From NCBI GenBank assembly GCA_951406725.2, contig OX597815.1, forward strand, positions 48,236,001-48,300,000: a DNA stretch of 64,000 bases, read 5' to 3'. This stretch comes from Octopus vulgaris. Its lineage: Eukaryota. Positions within the stretch are counted from its first letter, which is position 1, and every line of letters starts with the position of its first letter. The notes under the pieces were generated by a model, which was not told the origin of the DNA, did not search any database, and saw only the letters and a list, made by a program, of their open reading frames with translations. Positions 13,100 to 25,295 of this stretch are shown here, in pieces. The position numbers and the translations under genes are program-made.

Positions 13100-15700
13100 A
13101 GAAATGGAAATGTCTAAGTCAATTTTTCCAACATGTCAATTAGGAGGGGGCGGGGAAGAATATCTACTAAGCTGAAAGGCAGGTATCTTCCTAACATCAA
13201 AGAAAAAGAGAGCTGAAAAAAAAAACCCTCAATGTAAATACTAAATCATATGAATTATCCAAATTTACGGAATCCAGCAACCCATTGAGGACATTGAAAC
13301 TAAAAATAGAAAATGAAAATATAAATGAACAAAAGTAAAAACATCGCAAAAAAGTAAACGATTTTGTGTCAAGAGACAATTTTATATACCTGAAATGTTC
13401 CATAGTAAAATCAAAATGCTCTCGTCATCATCATTGTCATCAAAGATAAATAAATAGATTTTTGGCCAAAGGAAATCTGCTAAAATGTCTTATTTTATTA
13501 TTATTATTCTTGCTTTCTTATTTTGATTCACTTTCTCAGAATTTTTTTTTCTTTTTCTCTTTTGCTGTTTCTAACCCCTAATAGCTGTCCAACGGAAAGC
13601 AAGTGAAGACATGGAAAGATCTATGATCAAAGACCATTTCCTAGTGAGAAGTCTATCAAGTGAAAAAAAAAAAATAAAATTACAAACAGAAGCAAAAAAA
13701 AAAAATAATAATGAAGAAGTAAAAGTGATAAAGAACTGTGTAAATTTCCAAGGAACCTTAGTGTAGCAGTAAATGGGTTCAAGTGGAAGAATATTAACAA
13801 AGAATTATTGTCATGTGACCGGCCAAGAGCCACAATCTTCCGACATTGCTGGGCAAACTCCACTTAGGGAAAGCGATTGTAAACATAAACAAAAAATTAA
13901 AAGAGGTGGGTAAGGGGAAAACACAAAACAAAACAAAAAAAAGTACAACATGGAAAATGCAAAGAGAGAATAAAAAGCAAAAAAAAAAAAGGAAAAAAAA
14001 AAAGGAAAGGACCTGAAAGAAGAAAGCCCCCACCGACAACGGAACAGAATAAATAAAAGAAATAGAATCGAAAGACAATGAAAGGTTTCAGACAATTGAA
14101 ACAAGATTTGATGGTGTTATTTAGTACGAGGAAGTGAGACATGTCATATAATGACAAATGACGAAGTGCATGGAGAAACAAGAGTTCAGGTGTTAGTGTG
14201 TGTCTGTGTGTATGTGTGTGTAGATGTTGGCCTCAGTGTGCATGAGTGTGTGTGTGTGCGCGTGTGTATGCGTGCGTGCGCGAATAACAACAATCACAAA
14301 ACTACACTTGTCTCTATTTTGGTAAGGATGACGGCGGCAGCAGCAGCTGCAATGGTGGTGGTGGAAATCGCCCCCCCCCCGATCTTAATGTCACTTAAAA
14401 GTGTTTGCTAGAAAACAAAATGATACACAGATGTCAAAAGAAGAGCATGTGTGTGTGGGTGAGTGCATGGGTGTGTGTGTGTGTGTGTGTGTGGTGGTAG
14501 GGGAGCGAGGGGTGGGTGGGGCAGTCGAGGTGGGGGTGTGATTCTGCAGCAGCTGCTGCTCTTGTTGTTGTGGTTGTTGTTGTCATTGTTGTTGTTGTTT
14601 ATTCGCCGTTACATTATATTTCCTCCTGCATATTAACAGAACGATCAACTTCAATATTTTCACGGTATTAGGTTCCTGTTTAGAAATGATAACTGCAAAA
14701 AGATACAAGCTGTGACAGCTCCTGTCAAATGGCTTGAACAGAGAATGAGCGAGAGAGAGAGAGAGAGAAAGAGAGAATGCAAAAAAATAAAGGGGGAAAA
14801 TTCTCACTCCCCAATGAAGTGGAGAAGCTGAAGAAATTTAGAATAGTGGTGCTTATTTGTGTGTTTTTTTTTCTTTTTTTTTAACTTTTATTTTTTACAT
14901 GCCTTTCTAATTTTACTTTTTCTTTGCCTAACTGTCCATTGAGTACGGATGGAAAGGAGAGAATGTATGGAGGTTTAAACCAATAGGTAATAAAACAAAG
15001 CACATGACAATTTGCCACTGAGAAGACAACGATGAAGAAGAATTAGACATATTGTTGTGTTTCCCCGCCGCAGCGCCACTGCCCGCTACTCTGCTTCCTG
15101 CCTTGCTTCGCTCACCTCACTGCTTGTTGTGTCAAGTGTTTGTGTTTTCTTCACTGAGCAATCTTTGCACTCAAGATTAGAGGAGGAGGAGGAGGAGAAA
15201 AAGAAGAAGAAGAAACAGAAGAAGAAAAAGAAGACACTGGATGATGCAAATGAAAAGTTACGAGGAAATGTATAAAAAGACAGATGAAATAATGAAATAC
15301 AAAGACAAACTGTGACATCTAGCGATCGAGGAGAGAACTTTGATGCATTCTTCTACAAGAACATCACTTTGGAAATTAGAAAAAAAGGAAAAAAAAAATT
15401 GTTAATAATAAAATAAAAAGAAAAAAATGTAAAATTTAAAAAAAATACAAAATAAATATTTTTTCTTATTATTTGACTTTTTTTATATTTTACCCAATAT
15501 GCCATCATGCTCACTTGCAGAATTCATACTAGTCAGTTAACATGTGATCTTATGTACATATTATGGGATGGCGTTAAGTGAACAGCCACTATCAATTTTA
15601 GCTGCAACTTTTTTTTTCTTCATCAACTGACACTTTCATTTGCATTTGGAGAGATCAAAAGGTATCTACTAATTCATCCAATATTTTCTACTTATCAATG
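13100..15700. promoter_or_regulatory. Candidate intronic regulatory or promoter island
   Basis: About 2.6 kb with no SINE of the families above. Local CpG enrichment at 15060-15115, GTCATGTGAC at 13810, paired TGACAG/CTGTCA at 14713-14727, CTCF-like TCGCTAGATGTCAC on minus at 15312-15325. Confidence 0.4.
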
Positions 15701-16729
15701 TGGGAGTCCCTATACATTGCCTGTCATTGAACCTGCTAGAAATAGCTGCAATATCTCCCTTAAAAAACACCCCGATGCTTTAATATAGGAAAGGTATCTC
15801 AGATAGTGTCATCCTAAATACACTATTTTGGATGGAAAGAACTGGGGTCAATTCATTTGACTAAATTCTTCAAGGAGGTGCCCCAGCATGGCCACAAGTA
15901 AAACACAAAAGATAAATAGAAGTTGAATGGAAAGCAATCTCTAAGACCATTCATTCCAGGAAGTAAACAATCTGTCATCTGGCCTGGCCCTGTTTAAAAG
16001 CATCATCTGCCTCAAGGGTCACATGATGAGATTTGACCCCTGGGATCTGCTTAATGGCACTTTAATCACTTGGTTTTTCTACCTTGTTGGATAGATGGAG
16101 ACTATGAATTTGTAGTTACAAATTGTCGTACCTGACTGACTCTGATAAAATTAGTGTTAGGATCAAAGGTGTCACTGTTTTGACTTTCCTGGCTTTGGTA
16201 AACATCCTGCCTTGCAAGCTACTTGGCAACCCTGTGGGTACTGATGCTATTTAAAAAGAACACCTATGCCTGTGCCACATGAAAAGCACCCATGCCAGTG
16301 CCATGTAAAAAGCACTCAGTACACTTGGCAAAGTGGTTGGTGTAAGGAAGGGTATCCAGCTGTAAAACCCATGACAAAACAGATGACTGGAGCCTGGTTC
16401 AGCCTTCTAGCTTGCCAGCCCCTCTCAAACTATCCAACCCCTGCCAGCATGGAAAATAAATGTTAAGTGATAATGATGATGGTAGTGTATCTTTGACTTG
16501 GACTGTGGCCACACTGGGGCACTGTCTTGAAAGGTTTAATGAAACAAATCACTCCTACGAGTTATTTTTTAAGCCTTGTACTTATTTTATTAGTCCCTTT
16601 TGCTGAACTACATTACAGGGATGAAAACAAACCAACACTACTTGCCAAGCGGCAGACAGGGGGACAAACATACACACATGCACATTGTTTATGTCAAAAT
16701 GAAATATATATATATATATATATATACAT

Positions 16730-16982
16730 GTGGAGGCGCATGGCTTAGTGGTTAGGGTGTCAGCATCATGATCGTAAGATAAGATTGTGGTTTTGATTCC
16801 TGGACTGGGCGACGCATTGTGTTCTTGAGCAAAACACTTCATTTCACGTTGCTCCAGTCCACTCAGCTGGCAAAAATGAGTAACACTGCGATGGACTGAC
16901 GTCCCATCCAGCTGGGGAACACATACACCATAGAAACTCTGAAACCAGGCCCATGAGCCTGGCTAGGCTTTAAAAAGGGCGC

Positions 16983-16985
<3 letters not shown>
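16730..16985 (+). mobile_element. tRNA-derived SINE (family C); related older copy near 7970-8290
   Basis: Head tggaggcgcatggcttagtggttaggg, central gtgttcttgagcaaaacactt block, 3' gcgatggactgacgtcccatccag. Confidence 0.8.
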
Positions 16986-17020
<35 letters not shown>

Positions 17021-17240
17021 ACAGGCTTCTACACAGTTTCCTTCTACCAAATTTACTCACAAGGAATTAGTTGGCCCAGGTCTATAATAGAAGATATCTG
17101 CCCAAGGTGCCATGCAGTGGAACTGAAACCAATATCACACGACTGCAAAATGAGCTTTTTAACCACACATCCATATCTACACCTATATTGTATCTAGAAC
17201 TACATTAGGAAAAAACAAAAAGAAAAATTAGCTTATAGCT

Positions 17241-17650
17241 GCAGGAGTGGCTGTGTGGTAAGTAGCTTGTTAACCAACCACATGGTTCTGGGTTCAGTCC
17301 CACTGCGTGGCACCTTGGGCAAGTGTCTTCTACTATAGCCTCGGGCCGACCAAAGCCTTATGAGTGGATTTGGTAGACGGAAACTGAAAGAAGCCTGTTG
17401 TATGAATATATATATGTGTGTGTGTTTGTGTGTGTGTGTCTGTGTTTGTCCCCCAAACATTGCTTGACAACTGATGCTGGTGTGTTTACATCCCAGTAAA
17501 TTAGCAGTTCAGCAAAAGAGACTGATAGAATAAGTACTTGGCTTACAAAGAATAAGTCCTGGGGTCAATTTGCTCGACCTAAGGCAGTGCTCCAGCATGG
17601 CCACAGTCAAACGACTGAAACAAGTAAAAGAATAAAAGAAAGAAAAGAAT
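17241..17650 (+). mobile_element. SINE family A, full length
   Basis: Head, microsatellite and (AAAAG)n tail. Confidence 0.92.
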
Positions 17651-17716
17651 TAAAGCCCAATCAGAGAAAGGACAGTATCCATGATTGTTTTTAGGGCCTC
17701 TGGAGACAGGTTAGAT

Positions 17717-17979
17717 CAGAAGTTCTCAACCAGAGTCCATATAAGATTTTCTTATTAAAATTTATATTCAATATACTTCTACAATACACAAAATATTTTA
17801 TACAGTTCGTACACCTAATTTTTATACAGTTTATACATCAAATTTTTATACACAGTTCCTATATTTAATCATAGATATACAAGAAAGTTTTTTTTTAAAC
17901 ATCAAATAATTATGAGGGCCCACCTGAATAAAATAGGGATTAAAAGGGTTCATAGGCAAAAAATGGCTGAGAATCATTG
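17717..17979. mobile_element. hAT MITE
   Basis: TIRs cagaagttctcaacc / ggctgagaatcattg; TSD ggttagat/gggtagat (7 of 8 match). Confidence 0.75.
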
Positions 17980-18171
17980 GGGTAGATGGAAGATACCCTG
18001 GGATTGGAAGTTTGTTATGCATGCCTACAACACTTCAATCTCAGAGTAACTTCTAACTTTCATTTAACCCTTTTGATATCAACACATTTGAGACTACTCC
18101 TGATTCCATGAGACAAATTTTCCTCTGTAACCCTTTGGCAATCATATTATTTTGTCTAATGTAATACTTAT

Positions 18172-18521
18172 CTATCTATCCACTCAGTCGAAGTTGACTC
18201 TCGGTTACTCAATGGATCAGTGTTCTCCAGCCAGTTCTATCCTAGGTCGCTTCTTTCAGATTGGCTATGGCCATTCCCGTGTCACTCTTGATGGTGTCAA
18301 GCCAGCAGGTTCTTGGTCGCCCTCTTCCTCTCTTGCCACTGACCATTCCGAGCATGATGTCCTTCTCCAGGGATTTTCTCTGCATAATATGACCAAAATA
18401 TGCCAATCTATGCTTGGTGACCCTAGCTTCTAGCAACAGTTTTGGTTTGATCTGGCTAAGAACTTCTCCATTGGTGAGCCTCGCTGTCCATGGAATCCGT
18501 AAAAGCCTTCTCCAACATAGT
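18172..18521 (-). mobile_element. 3' fragment of an RTE/Bov-B-like LINE
   Basis: CWRRLLRIPWTARLTN...LAYFGHIMQRKSLEKDIMLGMVSGKRGRGRPRTCWLDTIK; (GATA)n tail; flanked by ~55-bp direct repeats. Confidence 0.9.
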
Positions 18522-19603
18522 CAAATTTTCCTCTTTAACCATTTGGCAATCATATTCTGTCTAATGTAATACTTATTCATGGATTATTTTTGTAGCTTTG
18601 AGATTTTGATGAGTTTTTAATCTTTGATATGACACTGTAGGATAGCTGTGAAAGGCTGGATGTGGTCAGTTTCGACATAAAACAAATATGACATTAGGGC
18701 TTGATGGTACCAGTTTAAATGCTAACGTTTAAGTAATCTAAATTTAGACCTTCCACTGAAGTTTCATGTTAATTTATGTTTCAAACATAATAATGACAAT
18801 GTTCCAAACTTAATAATGAAAATGTTATTTTAGTAAATTCTTTATTATTTTCAAAATTAATTGAAAGATAGAATATTTTTTTTTTAAATGGTAACAAAGG
18901 ATTAAATCATTTCATTTAAATGTTTTCATTTAAATCAAAGTATTGAGCAAACAGTGAAATCTGAGAATTAGATTAAAATAGACTGTTTATCCTCAGGTCA
19001 TGCTAAAAGCTCTGATTCTTCAGAAAAGCAATTATATAGAATTGAGGTACCCAATAAACTAGTTGTAAAACATGTTCAAAGAAATCCTTTTTTACTTATG
19101 TGCTTTTAAAACAGTCTATGATTTGAAATTAACTAAAACTGAAAAGTTAATTAATTTTTATTGTATCTAAGGTTACTCTAACATTAAAATTAGATGTACA
19201 ACAAAAATATATCAAATAATAGGTGCATGTGTGGCTGTGTAGTAAGAAGTTTGCTTTCCAACCATATTGTTCTGGGTTCAGTCCCACTGCATGGCACCTT
19301 GGGAATGTGTCTTTTGCTATAGCTTCAGGCTGACCAAAGCCTTGCAAGTGGATTTGGTAGATGGAAACTGAAAGAAGCCTGTCATATATAATATATATAT
19401 ATATATCTATATTCCTTGTAACTTAGTGGTTCGGCAAAAGAGACTGACAGAATAAGTACCAGGCTTAAAAAGGTAAGTACTGGAGTAGTTTTGAGATTTT
19501 GATGATGTGCTTGTTTGTCTTTAGAATGACATTGTAGGGAAGGTGTGAAAAGCCAGATCTGACCAGTTTGGGCATAAAACAAGTATAATATTAGGGGCAA
19601 ATA

Positions 19604-20878
19604 CGAGGGGCGTTCAATAAGTAATGCCCCTGACCCACTTCCCATAGCAGTAGAGCAACGAAACTTGGAACAGTTATTAGTGTTTTTCTACACCCAGAGT
19701 TACGCATTTCTCCCATCGTTTGATGCAGCTCTGAAGACCGTTTTTGTAGAAGACCCCAGCTTGGTCCTTCAACCACAACGTGACTTCAGAAATCAAGGGT
19801 GCATCATCTGGGAAATGCTTTCCTTTCAAAAACAACTTCATGGCTGGGAAGAGGTGAAAATCAGAGGGTGCAAGGTCAGGAGAGATGGGGGATGAGTTCA
19901 TAGCCGCACGCCTGTGCTTCTGATCTGGCGACACGCGAGTTGTGGACCGGAGCGTTGTCCTGCAGGAGGAGGATGCCTTTGCTGATCTTGCCCCGCCTCT
20001 TGATTTTGATAGCTTCTCTTAATTTCTTCAAAAGTGAAGTATAATAGACTCCTGTAATTGTGGTACCCTTTGCCAGGAAATCTGTCTTCACTACTCCGTC
20101 CTGGTCCCAGAAGACTGTAAGCATGACCTTGCCAGCGGAGGGCTGCACCCTTGCCTTCTTTGGAGGAGGTGAGTCATGGTGCTTCCACTGCATTGACTGG
20201 GCTTTGGTCTCTGGATCATAGTGATGGACCCAGGTTTTATCCTATGCAATCAGTCTTTTGAAAAATTTTGACTCATCTTCTTGGCACATCTCCAAATTCA
20301 TCCTCGAACAATCAACGCGTTCTTGCTTCTGAAAAGGTGTGAGCAACCTGGGAATCCATCTGGCAGACACCTTTTGCATATGCAAATGGTCATGAATGAT
20401 AGTTTCCACAGACCCGGTACTAATCTTGACCTCATGGGCTATTTGGCGAATAGTTATGCGTCGATCTTCCAAAATGGCAGCCTCAACTTGACAGACAGAT
20501 GCCGCATCAATGGCAGAAGGGGGCGACCAGATCTGGGAGCTGTTTCCACAGAGTTCCGACCATGTTTGAATTCACGATGCCAGCGTTTTACAAGGTCATA
20601 TGATGGGGCATCATCACCATAAGTTACTTTCATTTCATCAAAAGTCTCCCGTGGTGTGCGTCCTTTCAAATACAAAAATCGGATCACTGCTCGACACTCA
20701 ACATGCTCCATTTCACACTTGACTCAGTTTAAACACCTGTAAATCGGAAACCACAATTAGTTCAGAGCTGTAATTTGCCACTTAATCTATAGAGATATAA
20801 ATAATTGCACATGCAAAATTTCAGCTAGATCAAACAACTGCAAGTGGGTCAGAGGCATTACTTATTGAACGCCCCTCG
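19604..20878 (-). mobile_element. Full-length mariner (DD34D) transposon, irritans/Himar1-like, inactivated
   Basis: TIRs cgaggggcgttcaataagtaatgcc(c/t)ctgacccactt at both ends, TA duplications at 19602-19603 and 20879-20880, length 1275 bp. Confidence 0.96.
19674..20711 (-). pseudogene. Mariner transposase pseudogene
   Basis: Four ORF pieces carry RSGRP, WIPRLL, DKTWVHHY, LLQDNAPVH and SPDLAPSDFHLF. Broken by frameshifts near 20510 and 19885 and an in-frame TAG at 20242-20244. Confidence 0.95.
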
Positions 20879-21064
20879 TATGGCCAGTTTAAATGTTAGA
20901 AGGTTAAAGTGATCTAAATTAGAACCTACTGAAATTTTCCTGTTCCAAACAGCTTAATAATGACAAGGCATTGCCCCAGCATGGCCACAGTCTAGTTAAG
21001 GATAAAAGATGAAATACTTTGAAATAATTTTCTGACAGGCTATCAACAAGTTAAAAATTTAATG

Positions 21065-21420
21065 TTTCTTTTATCTTTTGTATCTTTTATGGACTGCGAC
21101 CATGCTGGAGCACCACCTTGAAGGGTTTTATCAAATGAATCAACCTGAGTACATGTTCTTTAAGTCTTATTCTATCAGTCTCATTTGCCAAACCACTAAG
21201 TTACAGGATGTAAACAAACCAACACTGGTTGTCAAGGGTTGGTGAGGGACAAACACATACGTATACACATGCTTACACACACACAATGGACTTCTTTCAG
21301 TTTCTGTTTTTCAGTTACCAAATCCACTTGCAAGGCTTAGCTAACCCAAAGTTGCCCAAGGTGCCATGCAGTAGGACTGAACTCAAGACCATGTTACTGG
21401 GAAGCAAACTTCTTACCGTG
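21065..21420 (-). mobile_element. SINE family A, diverged
   Basis: Recognisable tail, body and head blocks. Confidence 0.8.
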
Positions 21421-22269
21421 CACCTAATATCAGGTTAAAAGAAATTCTATTTGTTTTGAGGGCAAAAATGATACCAAATTTAGTGTTTAGGTTATCTAGA
21501 GAAGTACAGTTCTCAGTAAGACAGTTATGAGGACCCTGCTCAATAGATTAACAATTCATCGAAGTGATCTTATTAATATAGCAAAAGTAATGAGTTGTAA
21601 GGAAATTTGTGGATCGCAGCCTTAGGCGAGACATTTAATCACCTTGTTTTATGCAATTTATCTGCTATATGCATATCATGATTAATTAGCTAAAGTTAGG
21701 AAGGATATCGATATATAGAAATAATTCTTCAGTATCAATTCATAAACTGTGTGGTTGATTACCTTGAGGTAATGGCACCAATTACCTCATTAATGTTCTT
21801 AGAAATGTCATAAATATCTTTTCTCCTATTCCTTTCTCCTTAGAAATCAAGCAAGTTCTAATTAAGAAGAGTGAAGCAACTGATACTCAACCTTAACAAT
21901 TTCTAGATTTTTGAAAAACCTCTGACCATTCCATGATAAATCTTTTTCTTATTTATATGCATTTTATTCTTTTTGTTGTTTTTTAAATTGTGTAAGTATA
22001 AACATATGGAGCAGATAACTAAAAATCATGCATTACACTAAAAGTAAAGTTTTCTGCAACTGACAAGAAAACAACCCCCAAAACAATTGAAATTAAATTA
22101 TTTTTGAAGTGTATTCTTTTATATGTTTCAGCTATAAGGCTGTGGCCATGCTGGGGCACCACATTTATTCCAGATGAGAAAGGGAGTTAGGGATTAAAGG
22201 CTAATCTGTTGTTTTATCAATTAGGTTTGAAAACATGCAAGTAACTGTATATGTTTATGTGCATACATA

Positions 22270-22318
<49 letters not shown>

Positions 22319-22541
22319 ATTTAAAATGAGGGTGAGAAATTAGATATTAATTTAATTAAATTAACATTAATTTAACACCAGTGGTCTAGCATATTAAAAT
22401 CTAAAAGTTCAGTAAATTGTATTATATACATATGAGAGGGATGACCACTATGTGGACAACCCTTATGCTAGAAGTAGATCTGTTATGGTCTTACCACTAA
22501 GAAATGTTCTCAACAAAAAAAATTTAGTAGACACCAGAACG

Positions 22542-22603
<62 letters not shown>

Positions 22604-22859
22604 AAACAATTTTATGTATAATTAAATTTCCAAATTTCTGTTGTGTTATACAATAACTCTGCAAACAAAATTTCCATAATTCTCAATTCAAATATGTATT
22701 TCAACTAAAATACAGCAGCAACTGAGACTACATATGGATTGTAATAATGGAATAAGTAGACGTGCTTCAAAAGGAAACAGCTTTTACTTAAATACTGTGT
22801 ATACTAAATGATTATCTGTCACTGTATGTATGTGTGTATATACATACATACATACATAC

Positions 22860-22876
<17 letters not shown>

Positions 22877-22905
<29 letters not shown>

Positions 22906-23108
22906 TACTTGTTTCAGTCATTTGACTGCGGCCATGCTGGAGCACCGCCTTTTGAGTACAGCAGGGATCACCACCTCCTGCCGGAGCCTCGTGGAGCTTT
23001 TAGGTGTTTTCGCTCAATAAACACACACAACGCCCGGTCTGGGAATCGAAACCGCGATCCTCCGACCGCAAGTCCGCTGCCCTAACCACTAGGCCATTGC
23101 GCCTCCAC
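22877..23108 (-). mobile_element. Young short tRNA-derived SINE (family B) with poly(A) tail
   Basis: ggcgcaatggcctagtggttagggcagcggacttgcggtcggaggatcgcggtttcgattcccagaccgggcg (A and B boxes), the same 3' tail as family A, then a long A tract. Confidence 0.88.
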
Positions 23109-24449
23109 ATATATATATATATATATATTATCATCATCATCGTTAACGTCTGCCTTCCATGCTGGCATGGGCTGGATAGTTTGACAGGAGCTGAACAGGC
23201 ATGAGCCTGTACCAGACTTCTATGTCTGTTTTGGCATGGTTTTTACAGTTAGATACCCTTCCAAATATATATGCTGTCTCCTCTCTACTGTTTTTTCTTG
23301 CAGCTAACACATATACACACAATAAAGGGAATGGAACTCAGCTGGAATGTCTATCAAGTGTCCCAATGTTCAAGTGACTAAACTATCAAGCTCATTGAAT
23401 TTGTGAATCAGTGGTTGAGTATTCTACAGACTTAAAGCACCATTCGAGTGTTGGGCCTTATAGATGCAATGACAGGTGACCAAGACCCTCAGCAATATAC
23501 CAGACAGGTAGCCATGATGGGTATACTGGGCTTCGTATATTTTACCCCAGTGTCACTTTGATGGCATGCACTGCTCTCTCACTCAATAATAATAATCATC
23601 ATCATCGTTTAATGTCCGTTCTCCATGCTAGCATGGGTTGGACAGTTCGACCGGGGATCTGGGAAGCCAGAAGGTTGTACCAGGCTCCAGTCTGATCTGG
23701 CAGTGTTTCTACAGCTGGATGCCCTTCCTAATACCAACCACTCCGAGAGTGTAGTGGGTGCTTTTTACATACCACCGGCACAGGTGCCAGGCGAGGCTGG
23801 CAATGGCCACGATCGGATTGGTGCTTTTTATGTGCCACCAGCACGGAAGCCAGTCAAGGCGGCGCTGGCATCGGCCACGTTCGGATGGTGCTTTTTACGT
23901 GCCACTGGCACAGAAGCCAGTCTAATAATAATAATAATAATAATAATAATCCTTTCTACTATAAGCACAAAGCCTGAAACTTTGGGTATGGAGGATAGTC
24001 AATTACATCGATCCAAATGCGCAACTGCTACTTAATTCATCGATTCTGAAAGGATGGAAGGCAAAGTCAACCTAGGCGGAATTTGAAATCAGAACATAAA
24101 GATGAACAAACTGTTGCTGAGTATTTCATCCAGCATGCTAACAATTGTGCCAGCTAAACACTTTAATAATAACAATAATAATAATGAAAAGGTTCAAAAG
24201 TCCCTACAAAAGATAGTAGTAGTGAGGTAGTGGCAGTGGCAGAAGTGGCAGTGATGGTGACCAAAGCAGCATTTTTTATCACCTAGAACCAAATATTCCA
24301 AATAGAATATAAATTGCTGATCCAAACTTGCCCAAGGCACAACTGTCATGGTCAAGTTCTCCTCTGAAGTTTCAAATCTCAAGTGAATTTTAATTGAAGC
24401 ATTTCTGTCTCTTCATCCTTGGAACTACAAGACTAAATTTCTATTGGGT

Positions 24450-25222
24450 TATCATCATCATCATCAGCAGCAGCAGCAGCAGTAATAAGAACATGCATAG
24501 TGAAAATATGATAGTGGTAGTAGTGGTGGGGAAGAGAGAGACAATAACTGGTTGGTGGTGATAACTGAGGTGGTGGTGATGGCGATGATGATGGTGAGGG
24601 TGGTGGTGATCACCATGAGAATCTAGTTTGAGATGGAGATGGTGAGCAGAAACATGGAAGTGATGCTGAAGAGTATGGTGATGGTGGTGGTGGTGGTGGT
24701 GGTGGTAGTGGTGTTAGTGTTGAGCTTGATGGCTGAGTGTGGTTGAGGGTGATGGTGGTGATAGTGATAACGATGATGCTGGTGATTGTAAGGGTTACGG
24801 TGGCGGTGGTGAAGAGAATTATTGTGGGGTGATGGTGACAGTGAGGATTATGGTGGTTAAGCTGCTAAGGATGATGGTGGAGGAGGGGGTTAAGAGGACA
24901 ATGGTGAGGCTGATGGCAGTGGTGATAGTGATAATGATTGTGATGGTGATGCTGAAGATGATGGATAAGGGTGAGAATAATGGAGGTGTGATGCCAAGAA
25001 TGTAGGCGACGGCGACAGAGAGGATGATGCAGGAGGTGGTGAAGATGATGGTGCTGATAAGGTTGGAGGCAGAGATGAGGATGATGCTGACAGTGCTGAA
25101 GAGGAGTATCAAGATGTTGATATTAATGATGGGTGGGTGACAATGCCGATAATACTAGTGGTCATAGTCATGAGGATAATAGCAATGATGGTCCTGGTAG
25201 TGGTAGCACTGATGCTGACAAC

Positions 25223-25255
<33 letters not shown>

Positions 25256-25295
25256 GTGCTACTGCAGTTGGTGGTGGTGATGGTGGTTGGTGGCA
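24450..25295. repeat. Degenerate (GAT/GGT)n trinucleotide tract
   Basis: Direct inspection; interrupted by stops and frame changes. Confidence 0.85.

Noticed and set aside
21765-21790. let-7-like TGAGGTA seed in a small hairpin
   Set aside because: The rest of the sequence does not match let-7 and the stem is too short for a pre-miRNA.
23030-23105. Possible tRNA gene
   Set aside because: A and B boxes are present but the cloverleaf is imperfect, and it continues into a SINE body and tail.
24450-25295. Gly/Asp-rich ORF-like tract
   Set aside because: Degenerate trinucleotide repeat with stops and frame shifts, lying inside the centlein intron.
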